From Candidatus Sumerlaeales bacterium (GTDB lineage Bacteria; Sumerlaeota; Sumerlaeia; Sumerlaeales; Sumerlaeaceae), in NCBI GenBank assembly GCA_038243585.1, contig JBBSQY010000012.1:12645-76644 (forward strand): a stretch of 64,000 nt of DNA, given 5' to 3'. Below the pieces are notes generated by a model. It was not told the origin of the DNA and searched no databases. It was given only the letters and a program-made list of their open reading frames with translations. The position numbers were made by a program, and so were the translations under genes. This document shows, piece by piece, positions 30,521-40,514 of the stretch; the first letter of the stretch is position 1, and each line of letters starts with the position of its first letter.

Positions 30521-31975
30521 CTATACCTGATTAGGGATTTCAAAACCGGATCGATACGTTGTCGTCAAAAATGCGTTGGCCGCCGCTTCCTGCTCACCAG
30601 TAAATTTCTGGGCAGCCGGATCAAAAGTCAGCCATGGACCCAGCATACGCTGGTTCTTCTGAACGTCCACGCCGTTTACCAGCAGATGCTCATTAAACTG
30701 ATCGATCATTCTGCTCAACTGAGGAAATTCTGCGGCTGACTTCAAAATTTCCGCGCCGTTTGCCGGCTTGCCCAGTTTGTGGGAAATGTTGCCCATGTGC
30801 GCAAGTCCCGCCGCCAAATGTCCTGATTCGATATTGGCCGCCACTGTTTCCGCTTTGCGCGACCGCACGGCATCAATGAAATTCTGATGGTGAGATCCGC
30901 CCCCATCGCCCTTGAACTGCTTTACACGTTTGCCTTTATTATCGTAAACCCAGCCGCCGTTGTTGTAGGCCAGATAATAGCCTTCCTTGCCTTTGACTTC
31001 AATCCCCACTCGCAGGCCATTCAAGTTGTCGGCTTCGCTTGCGCCTTTCGATGCGGGCAGGTTCCGAAGCTCACAAAAGATCGGTACAGGTTTGTAATCA
31101 TACAGGACCGTTTGAGTGTTGGGCGTCGGTGCGTCGTCATCAAACCCGAACCGTCCGCCTACGCTTACGACTCGCGTAGGGAATTCCTTAATATCCAGAA
31201 ACCACGATGCGAGGTCCATCATGTGTACCCCATTGTTTCCCAGTTCTCCGTTGCCGTAAGGCCAAAACCAGTGCCAGTCATAGTGCAGATTTTTTCGCGT
31301 CAGAGGCTCGTCTGGGGCTGGCCCAAGCCACAGGTTATAGTCCACTCCGGCGGGCGGCGCTTGCGGACCAGTTACCTTGGGCAGCGGCTGACGCAGGTTG
31401 TAGTAAATCCCCCGGATGTAATCCAGCTCGCCGATGTTGCCTTCTTTGATATACTGCCGCGCGCCCTGCAGGCCAGCGTCGGACCTGGACTGCATTCCTA
31501 CCTGTACAATGCGGTTATGTTTTTTCGCCGCGGCAATCATCTGCTGACCTTCCCAGATCGTGTGAGATGCCGGCTTCTCCACGTAGACGTCTTTACCCGC
31601 CTCGCACGCCCAAACAGTCACCAGCGCATGCCAGTGATTCGGAGTGGCCACGCACACTGCGTCCACTTCCTTGTCTTCCAGAAGCCTGCGCACATCGGTG
31701 TATGTCTTCGGCTGCGTGCCTGCCTCTTTAAAATGTTTTTTTAGGGCTTCGGCCACGCGATTGCTATCGACATCGCACAGCGCCACGACTCTCACGCCGG
31801 GCATTGACTTAAACATTGCCACATGCTGGCTGCCCTTATTGCCTACCCCCACCACGGCCACGCGGATGTCTTCGTTTGCGCCAAAAATACGCGCATGAGG
31901 TAAAATTGTAACGGCAGCGGTAAGTGCTGCTGCTTTTTTAAGAAACGCGCGACGCGTATAGGACTCTTCCACCAT
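30521..31975 (-). CDS. Tat-exported Gfo/Idh/MocA oxidoreductase
   Basis: TRRAFLK Tat motif; GVGNKG; ATPNHWH; DVYVEKP. Confidence 0.9.
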   Translation of the reverse strand: MVEESYTRRAFLKKAAALTAAVTILPHARIFGANEDIRVAVVGVGNKGSQHVAMFKSMPGVRVVALCDVDSNRVAEALKKHFKEAGTQPKTYTDVRRLLEDKEVDAVCVATPNHWHALVTVWACEAGKDVYVEKPASHTIWEGQQMIAAAKKHNRIVQVGMQSRSDAGLQGARQYIKEGNIGELDYIRGIYYNLRQPLPKVTGPQAPPAGVDYNLWLGPAPDEPLTRKNLHYDWHWFWPYGNGELGNNGVHMMDLASWFLDIKEFPTRVVSVGGRFGFDDDAPTPNTQTVLYDYKPVPIFCELRNLPASKGASEADNLNGLRVGIEVKGKEGYYLAYNNGGWVYDNKGKRVKQFKGDGGGSHHQNFIDAVRSRKAETVAANIESGHLAAGLAHMGNISHKLGKPANGAEILKSAAEFPQLSRMIDQFNEHLLVNGVDVQKNQRMLGPWLTFDPAAQKFTGEQEAAANAFLTTTYRSGFEIPNQV

Positions 31976-32172
31976 GACAGTTCTCCGAAAGAAAATGAGG
32001 ATGCATACAAAATCGCAAATGACGATTTACGCCAAGAACAATAGAAGCAAAGGCATGAAACTTAAGAATCAACAGGAAACTTAAAACGGTTGGTTATAGG
32101 GCGCAACTCAGTTCCATGAAAACTGGCTTTAGCCGGAAATTCGTAGTCATAGGCGTTCGTGCATTTTGGGGC

Positions 32173-32217
32173 GGACGGCTCGGCGAGCGACGGACGGCTC
32201 GGCGAGCCATCCCTACC
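32173..32217 (-). repeat. REP family A: partial plus full tandem copies (intergenic)
   Basis: GGACGGCTCGGCGAGC gac GGACGGCTCGGCGAGCCATCCCTACC. Confidence 0.85.
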
Positions 32218-32291
32218 TTTGTGCATAAGAAGTTTGTTCCGTGATAGGAAAGAATACCATTACTTCGTAACTTTTCCCGGAGGCATTTCTC

Positions 32292-33740
32292 GTGTTGACG
32301 AATTCAAGCCGCGGCGCCGGTCGCCTGTTGCTTCTGCTTTGCGTTTTAGTTTTTGCGCAGGTTGCCTGCGCAAAAGATGAGTACCGGGTCCTTTGGGTGG
32401 ATCTGTTTCACGCTGGACTGCGGAGCCAGGCCGAGGCCGACACTATGCTTAAGACGGCGCGAGACGCGGGCTATAACACCGTTGTCATAGAAGTTCGCAA
32501 GGCCTGCGATGCTTATTATGAATCCAGCATTGAACCCAAAAACCCGGAGGTCCAGGCGGGTTTTGATCCGCTGGCGTATATTATTGAGCAGGCACACCGT
32601 GCCCCGCGCATGGAGGTTCATGCCTGGCTGGTCACCTATCGCGCGCGCATCAGCGGTGATTCCATGTGGAAAAATCCGGCTCATGTTTTTCAGCAGCATC
32701 CTGAATGGATCAGCGAGAAGAGCAACGGCACCAAGGTGGGCCCTAACAGCACCTACTTCCTCGATCCGGGCGTCCCGCAGGTAACTGATTATAACCTGAC
32801 GGTGGTGCGGGATATCCTGTCACGTTACGACGTGGATGGAATCACGTTTGATTACCTACGCTATCCTGACTATGACGGTGCCGGCAATGAATGGGGTTAT
32901 AATCCCATTGCTCTTGCCAGGTTCAATAAGCTGTACGGGCGAACCGGAAAGCCGTCTGCTTCTGATCCGCAATTTTCTGAGTTTCGCAGAAAGCAGATCT
33001 CCGACCATACGAGAAAAATCTATGCCCATGTGCGGGCGTGGCGGCCGCGGGTGAAGATTGGCGCGGCGACCATCACCTGGGGCGGGCTCAGTGAGAATTT
33101 CAAGGGAAGTTCCGCTTACTCCAACATCATGCAGGACTGGGAAACCATGGCGCTGGAGGGCTGGCTGGACGTGATTATGCCCATGAATTACAAGCGGGAG
33201 GCCGTGGCAACACAGGCACGGGATCATAGAGAATGGGCGCATTTTCTTGCGGACCTGAGCGAGCGTTCGGGCCGAGCCGGCGTTAATATCGTGGATGGCG
33301 AAGAGCTCAATTCGTTGTCGGGCATCTTAACCCAGATCTCCGCGACCAGGTTTTTGCCGGGCATGGACGGCATCGCGACATATGCCTATGCGGAGCCCCG
33401 CGCCTCCAGTGGCAAGATTCCGGATTTGGAATTTTTCAACACTATCAGGCGCGACGTCTTTACGGGATGGGCCAATGTGCCGGAGGCGACGTGGCTGACG
33501 CGACCAGCGGAGGGCCTTATCAAAGGGGTCGTTTCCAAAGACGGGCTGCCGGTGGACGGCGCGACCGTGCAACTGGGCAACAGGTCCACTAGGACAGACG
33601 GCACGGGTTTTTACGCTTTTGCGCGAGTGCAGCCAGGCAACCAGACGGTTACGGCGCAGAACGGCGATGGGGCTATTGGAACAATAAAGGTCACAGTTCA
33701 GGCGGGCAAAGTGGCGGAAGCGCCGATCGGGAGCAAGTAA
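32292..33740 (+). CDS. Glycosyl hydrolase-like 10 (DUF187/DigH-like) with C-terminal carboxypeptidase-regulatory-like domain
   Basis: Signal peptide; RVLWV, DPLAYIIEQAH, EVHAW, LDPGVP, DGITFDY.RY and PMNY motifs. Confidence 0.8.
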   Translation: MLTNSSRGAGRLLLLLCVLVFAQVACAKDEYRVLWVDLFHAGLRSQAEADTMLKTARDAGYNTVVIEVRKACDAYYESSIEPKNPEVQAGFDPLAYIIEQAHRAPRMEVHAWLVTYRARISGDSMWKNPAHVFQQHPEWISEKSNGTKVGPNSTYFLDPGVPQVTDYNLTVVRDILSRYDVDGITFDYLRYPDYDGAGNEWGYNPIALARFNKLYGRTGKPSASDPQFSEFRRKQISDHTRKIYAHVRAWRPRVKIGAATITWGGLSENFKGSSAYSNIMQDWETMALEGWLDVIMPMNYKREAVATQARDHREWAHFLADLSERSGRAGVNIVDGEELNSLSGILTQISATRFLPGMDGIATYAYAEPRASSGKIPDLEFFNTIRRDVFTGWANVPEATWLTRPAEGLIKGVVSKDGLPVDGATVQLGNRSTRTDGTGFYAFARVQPGNQTVTAQNGDGAIGTIKVTVQAGKVAEAPIGSK

Positions 33741-33771
33741 GAAAGAAATTCTAGCGTTTGTAAGCCGTGGT

Positions 33772-35277
33772 TTACACTTTTCCGGACTCTTCCAGCGCGT
33801 TTAACGCTGGTCCGACGAGGTAGAGGGAGCCGAACAGGATAACGTATCCGCCGCTTTCCTGAGCGGCGGAACGGGCTTCTTGCAGAGCTTCCTCCACGGA
33901 TTGGGCGATTGTAATTTGTTCGGGCGTCAGGAATTGACTGAGCGCCTTTTCAATGTGATCTGCCGATACGGCTCGGGGACTTGGTGGGACTACTGCCACC
34001 GCACGGGACACCGGCAGTTGGTGGAAAATACCGCCCAGCAGCTCGGTTCCGGCTTTATCTCGGAGAAACCCGGTCACGATCACGGCGGGACGTGAGCCAA
34101 AACGCCGATGGCAGGCACGGCCAAGGGCATTGGCGGACATAGCGCAGTGGGCACCGTCAATAACCACGGGCACGAGACCGTCTATCAGCTGGAAACGACC
34201 CGGTCACGCCGTGTGCTCTATACCGGCTTTGATGGTATCAGGGTTTAGCTGAGGCCACTCGTAACCACCAGGACTTGTGGCGAATTCAGGCTTTGCGAGT
34301 TCTGTTTCCAGATGCATTAGCGCTGTCAACGCGGTCGCGACGTTTGACGCCTGGTGAGCCCCTTCGAGAGACGGGCACAAGGTCATGCCATCGGCCAGCG
34401 CGTCGGAAAGATCCGTGGTCGCGGGCGTTTCAGTTGGGGTGGATTGAAAACGATAGCCGCTTAAACTTTCTGCCACGCCGGACATTTGGGACGGATTGAT
34501 CGCCATTATCGGCTCAGCGGCTCCAATGTCATCACACCGGCGTCTTATTACATCGGTCACGGCACGCGAAGTACCCGGCGGCTGCGGCGCGACAATCGTT
34601 ATGCCGTGAGGGCGGATAATTCCCGCCTTCTCCGCCGCGATGGCATGGACGCTATCTCCAAGAATTGCCGTATGATCCAAACCTATGGCCGTAATGATGT
34701 TGAGCAGCGGGCCCGCTGCCGGCCGATCGAACATATTTGTGGAATCCAGACGACCGCCCAAACCAGTCTCTACGATGGCTATATCGACCTGCTGCTCTGC
34801 AAAATGGACAAACGCTGCGGCGGTCAGTATTTCAAAGACCGTTCGAAATCCCGGATCGCCAACCGGCCGGACAGGACTGGCGCCGGTCTCGCCGTCATCT
34901 GTCATCATACGCCCAAGGTAACCGACCAGTCGGCAAAAATCGGCGTCCGATATCTCCGCGCCGTTTATCCGGATTCTTTCAGTAAAGCGGAACAGGTGGG
35001 GGGAAGTATACAGGCCGGTGCGAAAACCGCACCGGCGCAGGGCGGATTCTAAAAACGCGCAGGTGCTTCCTTTGCCCTTGGTTCCGGCGACATGGATGAC
35101 AGCATAGCGCAGATGGGGATCTCCCAAAACGGTCAATTGTGCCCGAAACCTGTCCAAATCAAAAGCATGGGTATCATACTGTACAGCGCCGGTTCCCAGC
35201 ATCCGCTCATAGTCGGTCATGGATAGCAGCCAGGCTTCGGCCTGAGAGTAATCAGAAATTGGAGGCATTATGGGCAT
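33772..35277 (-). pseudogene. folC: Folylpolyglutamate/dihydrofolate synthase, interrupted by an in-frame TGA at 34204-34206
   Basis: HVAGTKGKGST, YTSPHL, ETGLGGRLDSTN and DH..LG; after the stop the frame continues as *PGRFQ...IDGAH...FGSLYLVG. Confidence 0.88.
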
Positions 35278-35544
35278 GGCATTATACTATACAGCAGCAA
35301 GAGGCCTCAACTCATTACGGATTTTGGTTTGCGCAATGCCGGTGTCTCTCTTGCGGCCAGCGCTCCAAAGCGGTAATAGTTACCTGTTGTAAGTTTCGCC
35401 CATTTTTAAAATTTGTACTTCATTAATTAAAATGAGGAACGATTTCTGCTTAATTCCTTGTTGAATACGGAATTCCACCTGTTGGATATGCGTAGCATTC
35501 GATAACGAAGCAAGGCCGGTTAAAATTTTACAAGTATCCAACCA

Positions 35545-37278
35545 TTGATCTTATCTAAAATCCCAATCTTTTTAACTACTAAGGAACCGCGGATGCCCGC
35601 AGGACAAGCTGCCCGTGCAATAACTGTATCCATGATGGTGGCCTTTTCCATCTGCGCAGGTGCTGTCCAGTGCGAAACCGTTTGGTCTGGCGACGCTGAT
35701 TCCGCTGTGTTCATAAAACAACCACTGGAGCTGGCGCAGATACTGGAAGCGCCGACAGAGGAGCAAGAAGCACCCGAAGCTGCCGCTGACAGGCCCTCCT
35801 CAGCCGATCCTGATTCGTCTTCGCCTGAAGCAAATGCCGATACATTAAGCACGGAAGACGCCGACAGTGGCGAATTTGTTTTCGCAGGCGACCTGGCGAA
35901 GACGTTGAGAAAAATCGATCCTAAGGCTAAGGTGGATTGGGACGGGAAAATGCTTCGCATCCGGGCCAACGGTCAGGATTTTTCGATCTTCCCAACCGGC
36001 GAGGAAATGGTGATCAACGGAGATGTTGAGGCCAAGACCCCTCCATTGAAGTTTAGAAATGGGGAAGTTTATGTGCCCCAGAACATCGTTTCCCGAATTG
36101 GGGTGGAACTGGAAAAGAAGGTTGCCCCCGCGGTTACTGATTTACCGTCAACGGCATCTGCCGCGCTTACGCCTACGCCCGCACCCATTCTGACTCCGAC
36201 GCCCGTAGTTTCGCCGGAGCCGTCGCCTTCAGGCGGAATCCTGCCGGATGTCGGACCTCTGATAGCGACGCCAACTCCAAAAACAACAGATACACCGGCA
36301 TCCATATTACCTGATGTAGTCCTATCTCCCACCCCGGCGGCAACGCCTGTTCCGGTGGTTGTAACTCCGGCCACATCTGAGGCTACCCCGTTTCCGCAGG
36401 CTACCGCTGCCCCTACGCCAACCCCGACACCCACTCCGACGCCAACGCCGACTCCAACACCAGCACCTAATAAGGCAGAGATATCTGAAGCCGCGAAGCG
36501 CAATGCCACGCTGAGCACGGAGAGTTTTAAAGCGGCGCTGCGCGACCGGGTATCGGTGAGCACACAGGCCATGGCAACCTTTAACATGACCCAGCTTGAA
36601 GCGATGGCAGCCACCCGCAAGGTTACTAAAATCGTTATACATCCGGATGAAAGCGGTCTGGAGCGGGAAGATGAATACGGCAAAGAAAGTGCCCGCATTT
36701 CTCTCGAAATTGCTCAAAAATTGAAAAACCAATTGGACACGGCCGGGATTGATGCGGAACTTTCCAGGCAGAACGAAGATCCCGTGACAATCGGCAAAAG
36801 CATAGAACTGATCAGCAAGAGCGGCGCGCAGGCGCTTATTGTGGTCTCGGTCGGCTACAGCACAGCTTTTAAAGATCTTGGCGGCTATCGTGTATTTTAT
36901 ATGAACGAGTCCGTAGATTTTAACAGCCTGCAACCGCGCACGTTCGACGGCTCGGAGGTTGTACCGTCTGAGCTGAACTACCGTCCTTTTCAAGGGGCTA
37001 GCAAGGTACTTGCTTCTTCCGTTAAGAATAGCATAAGTGCTACCCTTGATCGTGAACCAGTGGGTACCAATCCTGCTCCTCAATATCTGACCAGGCGGGC
37101 GCCCATGGCTTCTGCCGCTGTAGTGGTGGGCTATTTAAGCAACCCTGCTGATGCACAAAGACTTACGGATGTGGCACAGCAGGACGCCATGGCCAAAGCC
37201 CTGGCTGAGGGGCTGCTAAATTTTGCAGCCCAGGTAAGCCAAGGCAAAGCCGCCGGCGATGGATCGGGAGAACAATGA
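35545..37278 (+). CDS. Exported protein with Pro/Thr linker and degenerate Amidase_3-like domain
   Basis: KIVIHPDESG, L.R, VVGYLSNPADAQRL..Q..AKALAEGL resemble the amidase_3 fold. Start uncertain (35545 or 35593). Confidence 0.65.
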   Translation: MILSKIPIFLTTKEPRMPAGQAARAITVSMMVAFSICAGAVQCETVWSGDADSAVFIKQPLELAQILEAPTEEQEAPEAAADRPSSADPDSSSPEANADTLSTEDADSGEFVFAGDLAKTLRKIDPKAKVDWDGKMLRIRANGQDFSIFPTGEEMVINGDVEAKTPPLKFRNGEVYVPQNIVSRIGVELEKKVAPAVTDLPSTASAALTPTPAPILTPTPVVSPEPSPSGGILPDVGPLIATPTPKTTDTPASILPDVVLSPTPAATPVPVVVTPATSEATPFPQATAAPTPTPTPTPTPTPTPTPAPNKAEISEAAKRNATLSTESFKAALRDRVSVSTQAMATFNMTQLEAMAATRKVTKIVIHPDESGLEREDEYGKESARISLEIAQKLKNQLDTAGIDAELSRQNEDPVTIGKSIELISKSGAQALIVVSVGYSTAFKDLGGYRVFYMNESVDFNSLQPRTFDGSEVVPSELNYRPFQGASKVLASSVKNSISATLDREPVGTNPAPQYLTRRAPMASAAVVVGYLSNPADAQRLTDVAQQDAMAKALAEGLLNFAAQVSQGKAAGDGSGEQ

Positions 37279-37880
37279 GTATGGAGCCGAATCAAAGAGA
37301 CCCGGGATTTGCACGGTTCGCCTTTACGGTTATCACAATTGCCTTGGTGGTTGTGACGCTGGGGCTTACGGGCATCTATTATGTATTCCAGGCAGGCGGC
37401 CCCGGCGGCGCGAAACGGTCGCTCAATATTTTGCGTGACAGAAACGCTCTTCCTCCAAATCAGGCCATGCTATACTATACCAAGGATGGCAAGCAACTGG
37501 TGGGAACCCCAGTGACCCTCGGTGATCTTGGAATGAACCACAGCGAAAAAGCCCGCCGAATTGTGGTGGCTTTGCTGGAAGGTGAGCGCAATGTGGGAAT
37601 GAAGTCAGCGGTGCCCGAAGGCACAAGCCTGAAGAACGTCTTTGTGAACGATGAAGAAGTCGTGGTAAACCTTTCATCGCACATGATTTCAAATCTGCAC
37701 GGAGGAATTGACGCGGAACTGCTGGCCGTGTATGCCGTGGTCAACAGTCTTCTGTTTAATCTCGAAGGCATTGACGCGGTGCAGATTCTTGTGGAAGATG
37801 AAAAGCTGCCCACGCTTGGTGGAAACATAGACATCAGTATTCCGCTGATTGCCAACGCTGCCATTACGCGCACCGGGTAA
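37275..37880 (+). CDS. GerMN-domain membrane protein
   Basis: TM anchor; ALLEG..SAVPEGT.L...VNLS...E.LAVYAVVNSL..VQILVE..TLGG.ID pattern; ATGA overlap. Confidence 0.8.
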   Translation: MSMEPNQRDPGFARFAFTVITIALVVVTLGLTGIYYVFQAGGPGGAKRSLNILRDRNALPPNQAMLYYTKDGKQLVGTPVTLGDLGMNHSEKARRIVVALLEGERNVGMKSAVPEGTSLKNVFVNDEEVVVNLSSHMISNLHGGIDAELLAVYAVVNSLLFNLEGIDAVQILVEDEKLPTLGGNIDISIPLIANAAITRTG

Positions 37881-38024
37881 TTCTAGCAAAGAGCCTCGCC
37901 TGCGTCAGTGGATGCGATGCCAGGACAGGCACTTAACAAACTTTTCGCTGATCGCCCGCCGAACAAAGCCGGAGCGCTTTTCCTTCTTTTGAATTCTCCG
38001 TGTAAACGCGGGTTTAGCTTTTTA

Positions 38025-39068
38025 ATGGAACCCGACAATAATCAACCCGGTCAAACTGACCCGCTGCCTGACGGCCAGCACGTAGACAGCCTCTCAAACT
38101 CCGCAGTTGCCGGCCCGGCCGGCGAAGAATTTCGTTCTGGATTTGTTGCCATTCTTGGCAAGCCGAACGCTGGAAAGTCTACCTTGATGAACGCCATTGT
38201 TGGCGAAAAGGTAGCCATAACCTCCGACAAACCACAGACCACCCGCGACAGGATCGCCGGAATTTTTACAACAACGCGGTTCCAGATGATTTTCCTGGAT
38301 ACGCCGGGCGTTCTGGTGCCGCAGGATCGCTTTAATGAGGCGCTGGTTCACCGCGCCGCTGACGCCCTTCAGGGCGTGGATGTTATCTACCATCTGATCG
38401 ACGCCTCTGATCGGGAACCGCCTAACGAACGGATCGCCCAGATACTTAACAAAGTTCCTAAATCGACGATCCGTTTCCTGGTCATCAATAAAATCGATAA
38501 AAAATTTCCGGGCGGTTCGGATGGAAAACCGTTTGTGCCGCCGGGCGTGAACACTGCGGATTACGATCAGATGTTTATGATCTCCGCCCTAAAAAAACAC
38601 GCGCTGGATATTCTGATTGAGAGTACCTATCGCCAGCTAAAGCCCGGTCCTCTCTTTTATGACGCTGAACAGGTTTCAGATAAAGACATGAGATTTCTCG
38701 TGGCGGAGATCGTGCGGGAAAAAGTATTCCGCCGCACCGGAGCTGAAATTCCTTATTCTGTTTATACGGAGACGGAAGAGTTCGTGGAGCGGACGGGAAA
38801 AGATTTCATCCGCGTGATGATTTATACCGAACGCGACAGCCAGAAAGGTATCATTATTGGCGACGGCGGACGGGTGCTTAAGGATATCGGGACTGACGCC
38901 CGACGCGCCATTGAAACTCTGACGGGGAAGCCATGCTTTCTGGAACTCTGGGTGAAGGTGCGCAAAGACTGGCGCAAGAAGGAATTCGATCTCAATCACT
39001 TTGGCTTCAAGCTGCCAAAATCACGGAAGCCTTCCAAACCCAAAAAAGGGAACCCTCCCATCACATGA
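38025..39068 (+). CDS. era: GTPase Era
   Basis: SGFVAILGKPNAGKST, QTTR, DTPG and NKID; KH domain EIPYS...SQKGIIIG...LELWVKV..W. Confidence 0.95.
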   Translation: MEPDNNQPGQTDPLPDGQHVDSLSNSAVAGPAGEEFRSGFVAILGKPNAGKSTLMNAIVGEKVAITSDKPQTTRDRIAGIFTTTRFQMIFLDTPGVLVPQDRFNEALVHRAADALQGVDVIYHLIDASDREPPNERIAQILNKVPKSTIRFLVINKIDKKFPGGSDGKPFVPPGVNTADYDQMFMISALKKHALDILIESTYRQLKPGPLFYDAEQVSDKDMRFLVAEIVREKVFRRTGAEIPYSVYTETEEFVERTGKDFIRVMIYTERDSQKGIIIGDGGRVLKDIGTDARRAIETLTGKPCFLELWVKVRKDWRKKEFDLNHFGFKLPKSRKPSKPKKGNPPIT

Positions 39069-40417
39069 ACGGTTGCAACTTTTCAGGCTTTTTCGTATCA
39101 ATGCAGGTGTGTCGACAAGCCGCTACAACACTCTGCCTTGCTCTTGCGACAGCTTTTTCTCCAGCCCCGGCAACCGCTCAGCAGCCGACAACCACCACAC
39201 AGGTGGCTGATACTCAAGATACGTCTACGGATTTTTTGAGTGATGACGGATGGCGCTCCCTTTCCCGGGAGCAGCGCCACGAGCGTTCGCGGCGCGCCAT
39301 GATTGCCCGTTATATTCCTGACGGCAGTGCCCCAAAGGTTGAAGACCTTGACCGCTATGTGGAAAAATTTGGCGCTTTTACTGTTTACGATCCCCGCTAT
39401 TATCTGTATAAAGTAACTGCGTCCCATGTGCCCGGCACCACCGGTTCTGTGGTACTCAGTGGTGAAAGTTATCCGCATCATTACGGCGCCGGAGTGCAAG
39501 ATGCGCTGGAATCGCTGGGCTTCAATGTCACAGAAAACAAGGTGACAGCGCTGCCGAACCTGGCCGCCGGCCAGGCGCCTTACGGCATATCTACGACGAG
39601 TGCAGCCACCTTGCGGCGCGAACCCCGTGCCCGGGCCGAACAACTTAACAGTATCGCTCTTGGCGGTTGGATCCGCGTGTTACGTTCTGCCAATGATACA
39701 GACCTCTCCGCAGGAACAACGAGTTTCCGGCGTGGTCCGGGCGCTGACAAGCTTGAGAATGATATTCCCGGCGACTGGGTTCTTGCTCAAACTATGGAAG
39801 GTTATTTAGGATTTGCGCGCAAAGCGGACTTTGAAATGCGCGAGGACTACCAGCTTCCAGACGGAATTTTGACACTGCCACTGGCCGCGTCTGATGCCGC
39901 CACGACTTTGCCGGCGGGTGTATTTGTTTATGGCGATCCTCAAGCCGGATGGCGTTTATTTTCCGGGGAAAAACTTCCGGCCACGGCCAGGGTGTCTGAT
40001 CTACGGTCCAATTTTACCGCCGAGCAGATTGAAGCGCTGATGAAACCGTTTATGGAAACCCGCTATGTATGGGGCGGCGTGACGGACGAAGGAATTGATT
40101 GCAGCGGCTTTTCTCAGTTTTTTATGCGGACTGCCGGAGTGATGATTCCGCGCGACGCGGTCCAGCAGGCTACGGGCGGGCATATCGTGGCATGGGGCCA
40201 GGATGTTTTAAAAAAGGCGAAGCCGGGGGACCTGATTTTCTTTGCCACCGATTCCGGGCGAATCAACCATGTTGCCGTCAGCCTGGGGAATGAACGTATT
40301 ATACATTCCGCCGGCAAGGGTGTCCATTTGACGCGGCTGGATGAGCCTAAAGATTCTGACTCAGATGAAGCGTATGGCGGACGGGTGTTGTTTGCCAGGC
40401 GAATGGCGGCGCGGTAG
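39065..40417 (+). CDS. Exported NlpC/P60 (C40) peptidase, YkfC-like
   Basis: YVWGG..GIDCSGF, PRDA.Q, PGDLIFF, HVA and IHS catalytic set; signal peptide. Confidence 0.85.
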   Translation: MNGCNFSGFFVSMQVCRQAATTLCLALATAFSPAPATAQQPTTTTQVADTQDTSTDFLSDDGWRSLSREQRHERSRRAMIARYIPDGSAPKVEDLDRYVEKFGAFTVYDPRYYLYKVTASHVPGTTGSVVLSGESYPHHYGAGVQDALESLGFNVTENKVTALPNLAAGQAPYGISTTSAATLRREPRARAEQLNSIALGGWIRVLRSANDTDLSAGTTSFRRGPGADKLENDIPGDWVLAQTMEGYLGFARKADFEMREDYQLPDGILTLPLAASDAATTLPAGVFVYGDPQAGWRLFSGEKLPATARVSDLRSNFTAEQIEALMKPFMETRYVWGGVTDEGIDCSGFSQFFMRTAGVMIPRDAVQQATGGHIVAWGQDVLKKAKPGDLIFFATDSGRINHVAVSLGNERIIHSAGKGVHLTRLDEPKDSDSDEAYGGRVLFARRMAAR

Positions 40418-40514
40418 GCGCGGAGTAAAGCATTTGACGCAAAGTCGCAAAGGACGCTAAGGAAAAGCTGAAGCAAGAGGAGTATCAGGAAATTAGCTGA
40501 GCTGATGTAAATCT

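Noticed and set aside
32173..32217. Tandem repeats as a mini CRISPR array
   Set aside because: Only two units with a 3-nt gap, copies are dispersed across the window, and there are no cas genes; fits REP elements.
34204..34206. Genome-wide TGA=Trp reassignment (genetic code 4) as the explanation for the folC stop
   Set aside because: TGA ends many genes here at their expected termini (rfbD, treS, era, pfkB, with ATGA overlaps), Trp is otherwise TGG, and the other interruption is TAG.
36410..36467. (Pro-Thr)n tract as a DNA microsatellite or phase-variation site
   Set aside because: Codons are diversified (cct acg cca acc ccg aca ccc act), so this is a protein-level linker.
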